From NCBI GenBank assembly GCA_963815095.1, contig CAWFFH010000003.1, positions 1,120,001 to 1,184,000 on the forward strand: a stretch of DNA of 64,000 nucleotides, read 5' to 3'. A program made the position numbers and the translations under genes. The DNA comes from Candidatus Bathyarchaeota archaeon (GTDB lineage Archaea; Thermoproteota; Bathyarchaeia; Bathyarchaeales; Bathycorpusculaceae). Shown in pieces: positions 63,954 to 64,000 of the stretch. Below the pieces are notes generated by a model. That model was not told the DNA's origin, ran no database searches, and was given only the letters and a program-made list of their open reading frames with translations. Each line of letters opens with the position of its first letter. Positions within the stretch are counted from its first letter, which is position 1.

Positions 63954-64000
63954 TTAAAGCCCGTCCACATGGGTGGGTGTCTTTTTTTGTTTTGGCGAAA

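Overview
Archaeal chromosomal window, most consistent with Bathyarchaeia (gene content, large secreted PQQ-like beta-propeller paralogues, Lys/Ala-rich tails on r-proteins). The core content is the distal S10/spc ribosomal cluster to secY, EMC3-cmk, secE-spt5-L11-L1-P0, top6B/A, L14e-cbf5, egsA, ligase, ilvC, argF, a stand-alone 23S rRNA gene with its own BHB processing stem, tRNA-Thr(UGU), queT-queC, and several pseudogenes (ArsB-type transporter, DinB, AbrB-like protein, IS transposase). The main novel candidates are: (1) a threonine-synthase-like protein with the PLP lysine replaced by Arg and a C-terminal winged-HTH, next to an HmpT/PdxU-type ECF S component with tandem palindromic operators and an AIR-synthase-fold protein, suggesting a vitamin B6-sensing regulon; (2) a pseudoknot-forming, SD-sequestering leader ahead of queT-queC, a candidate archaeal preQ0/preQ1 riboswitch; (3) three dispersed hairpin elements sharing an anti-(SD+AUG) motif; (4) a tRNA-Thr with non-canonical D/T loops; (5) further pseudoenzymes (LarA-like, PLD-like, RadA-like) and a DPM2-like membrane protein. 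All family assignments come from motif recognition by eye; no searches were run.
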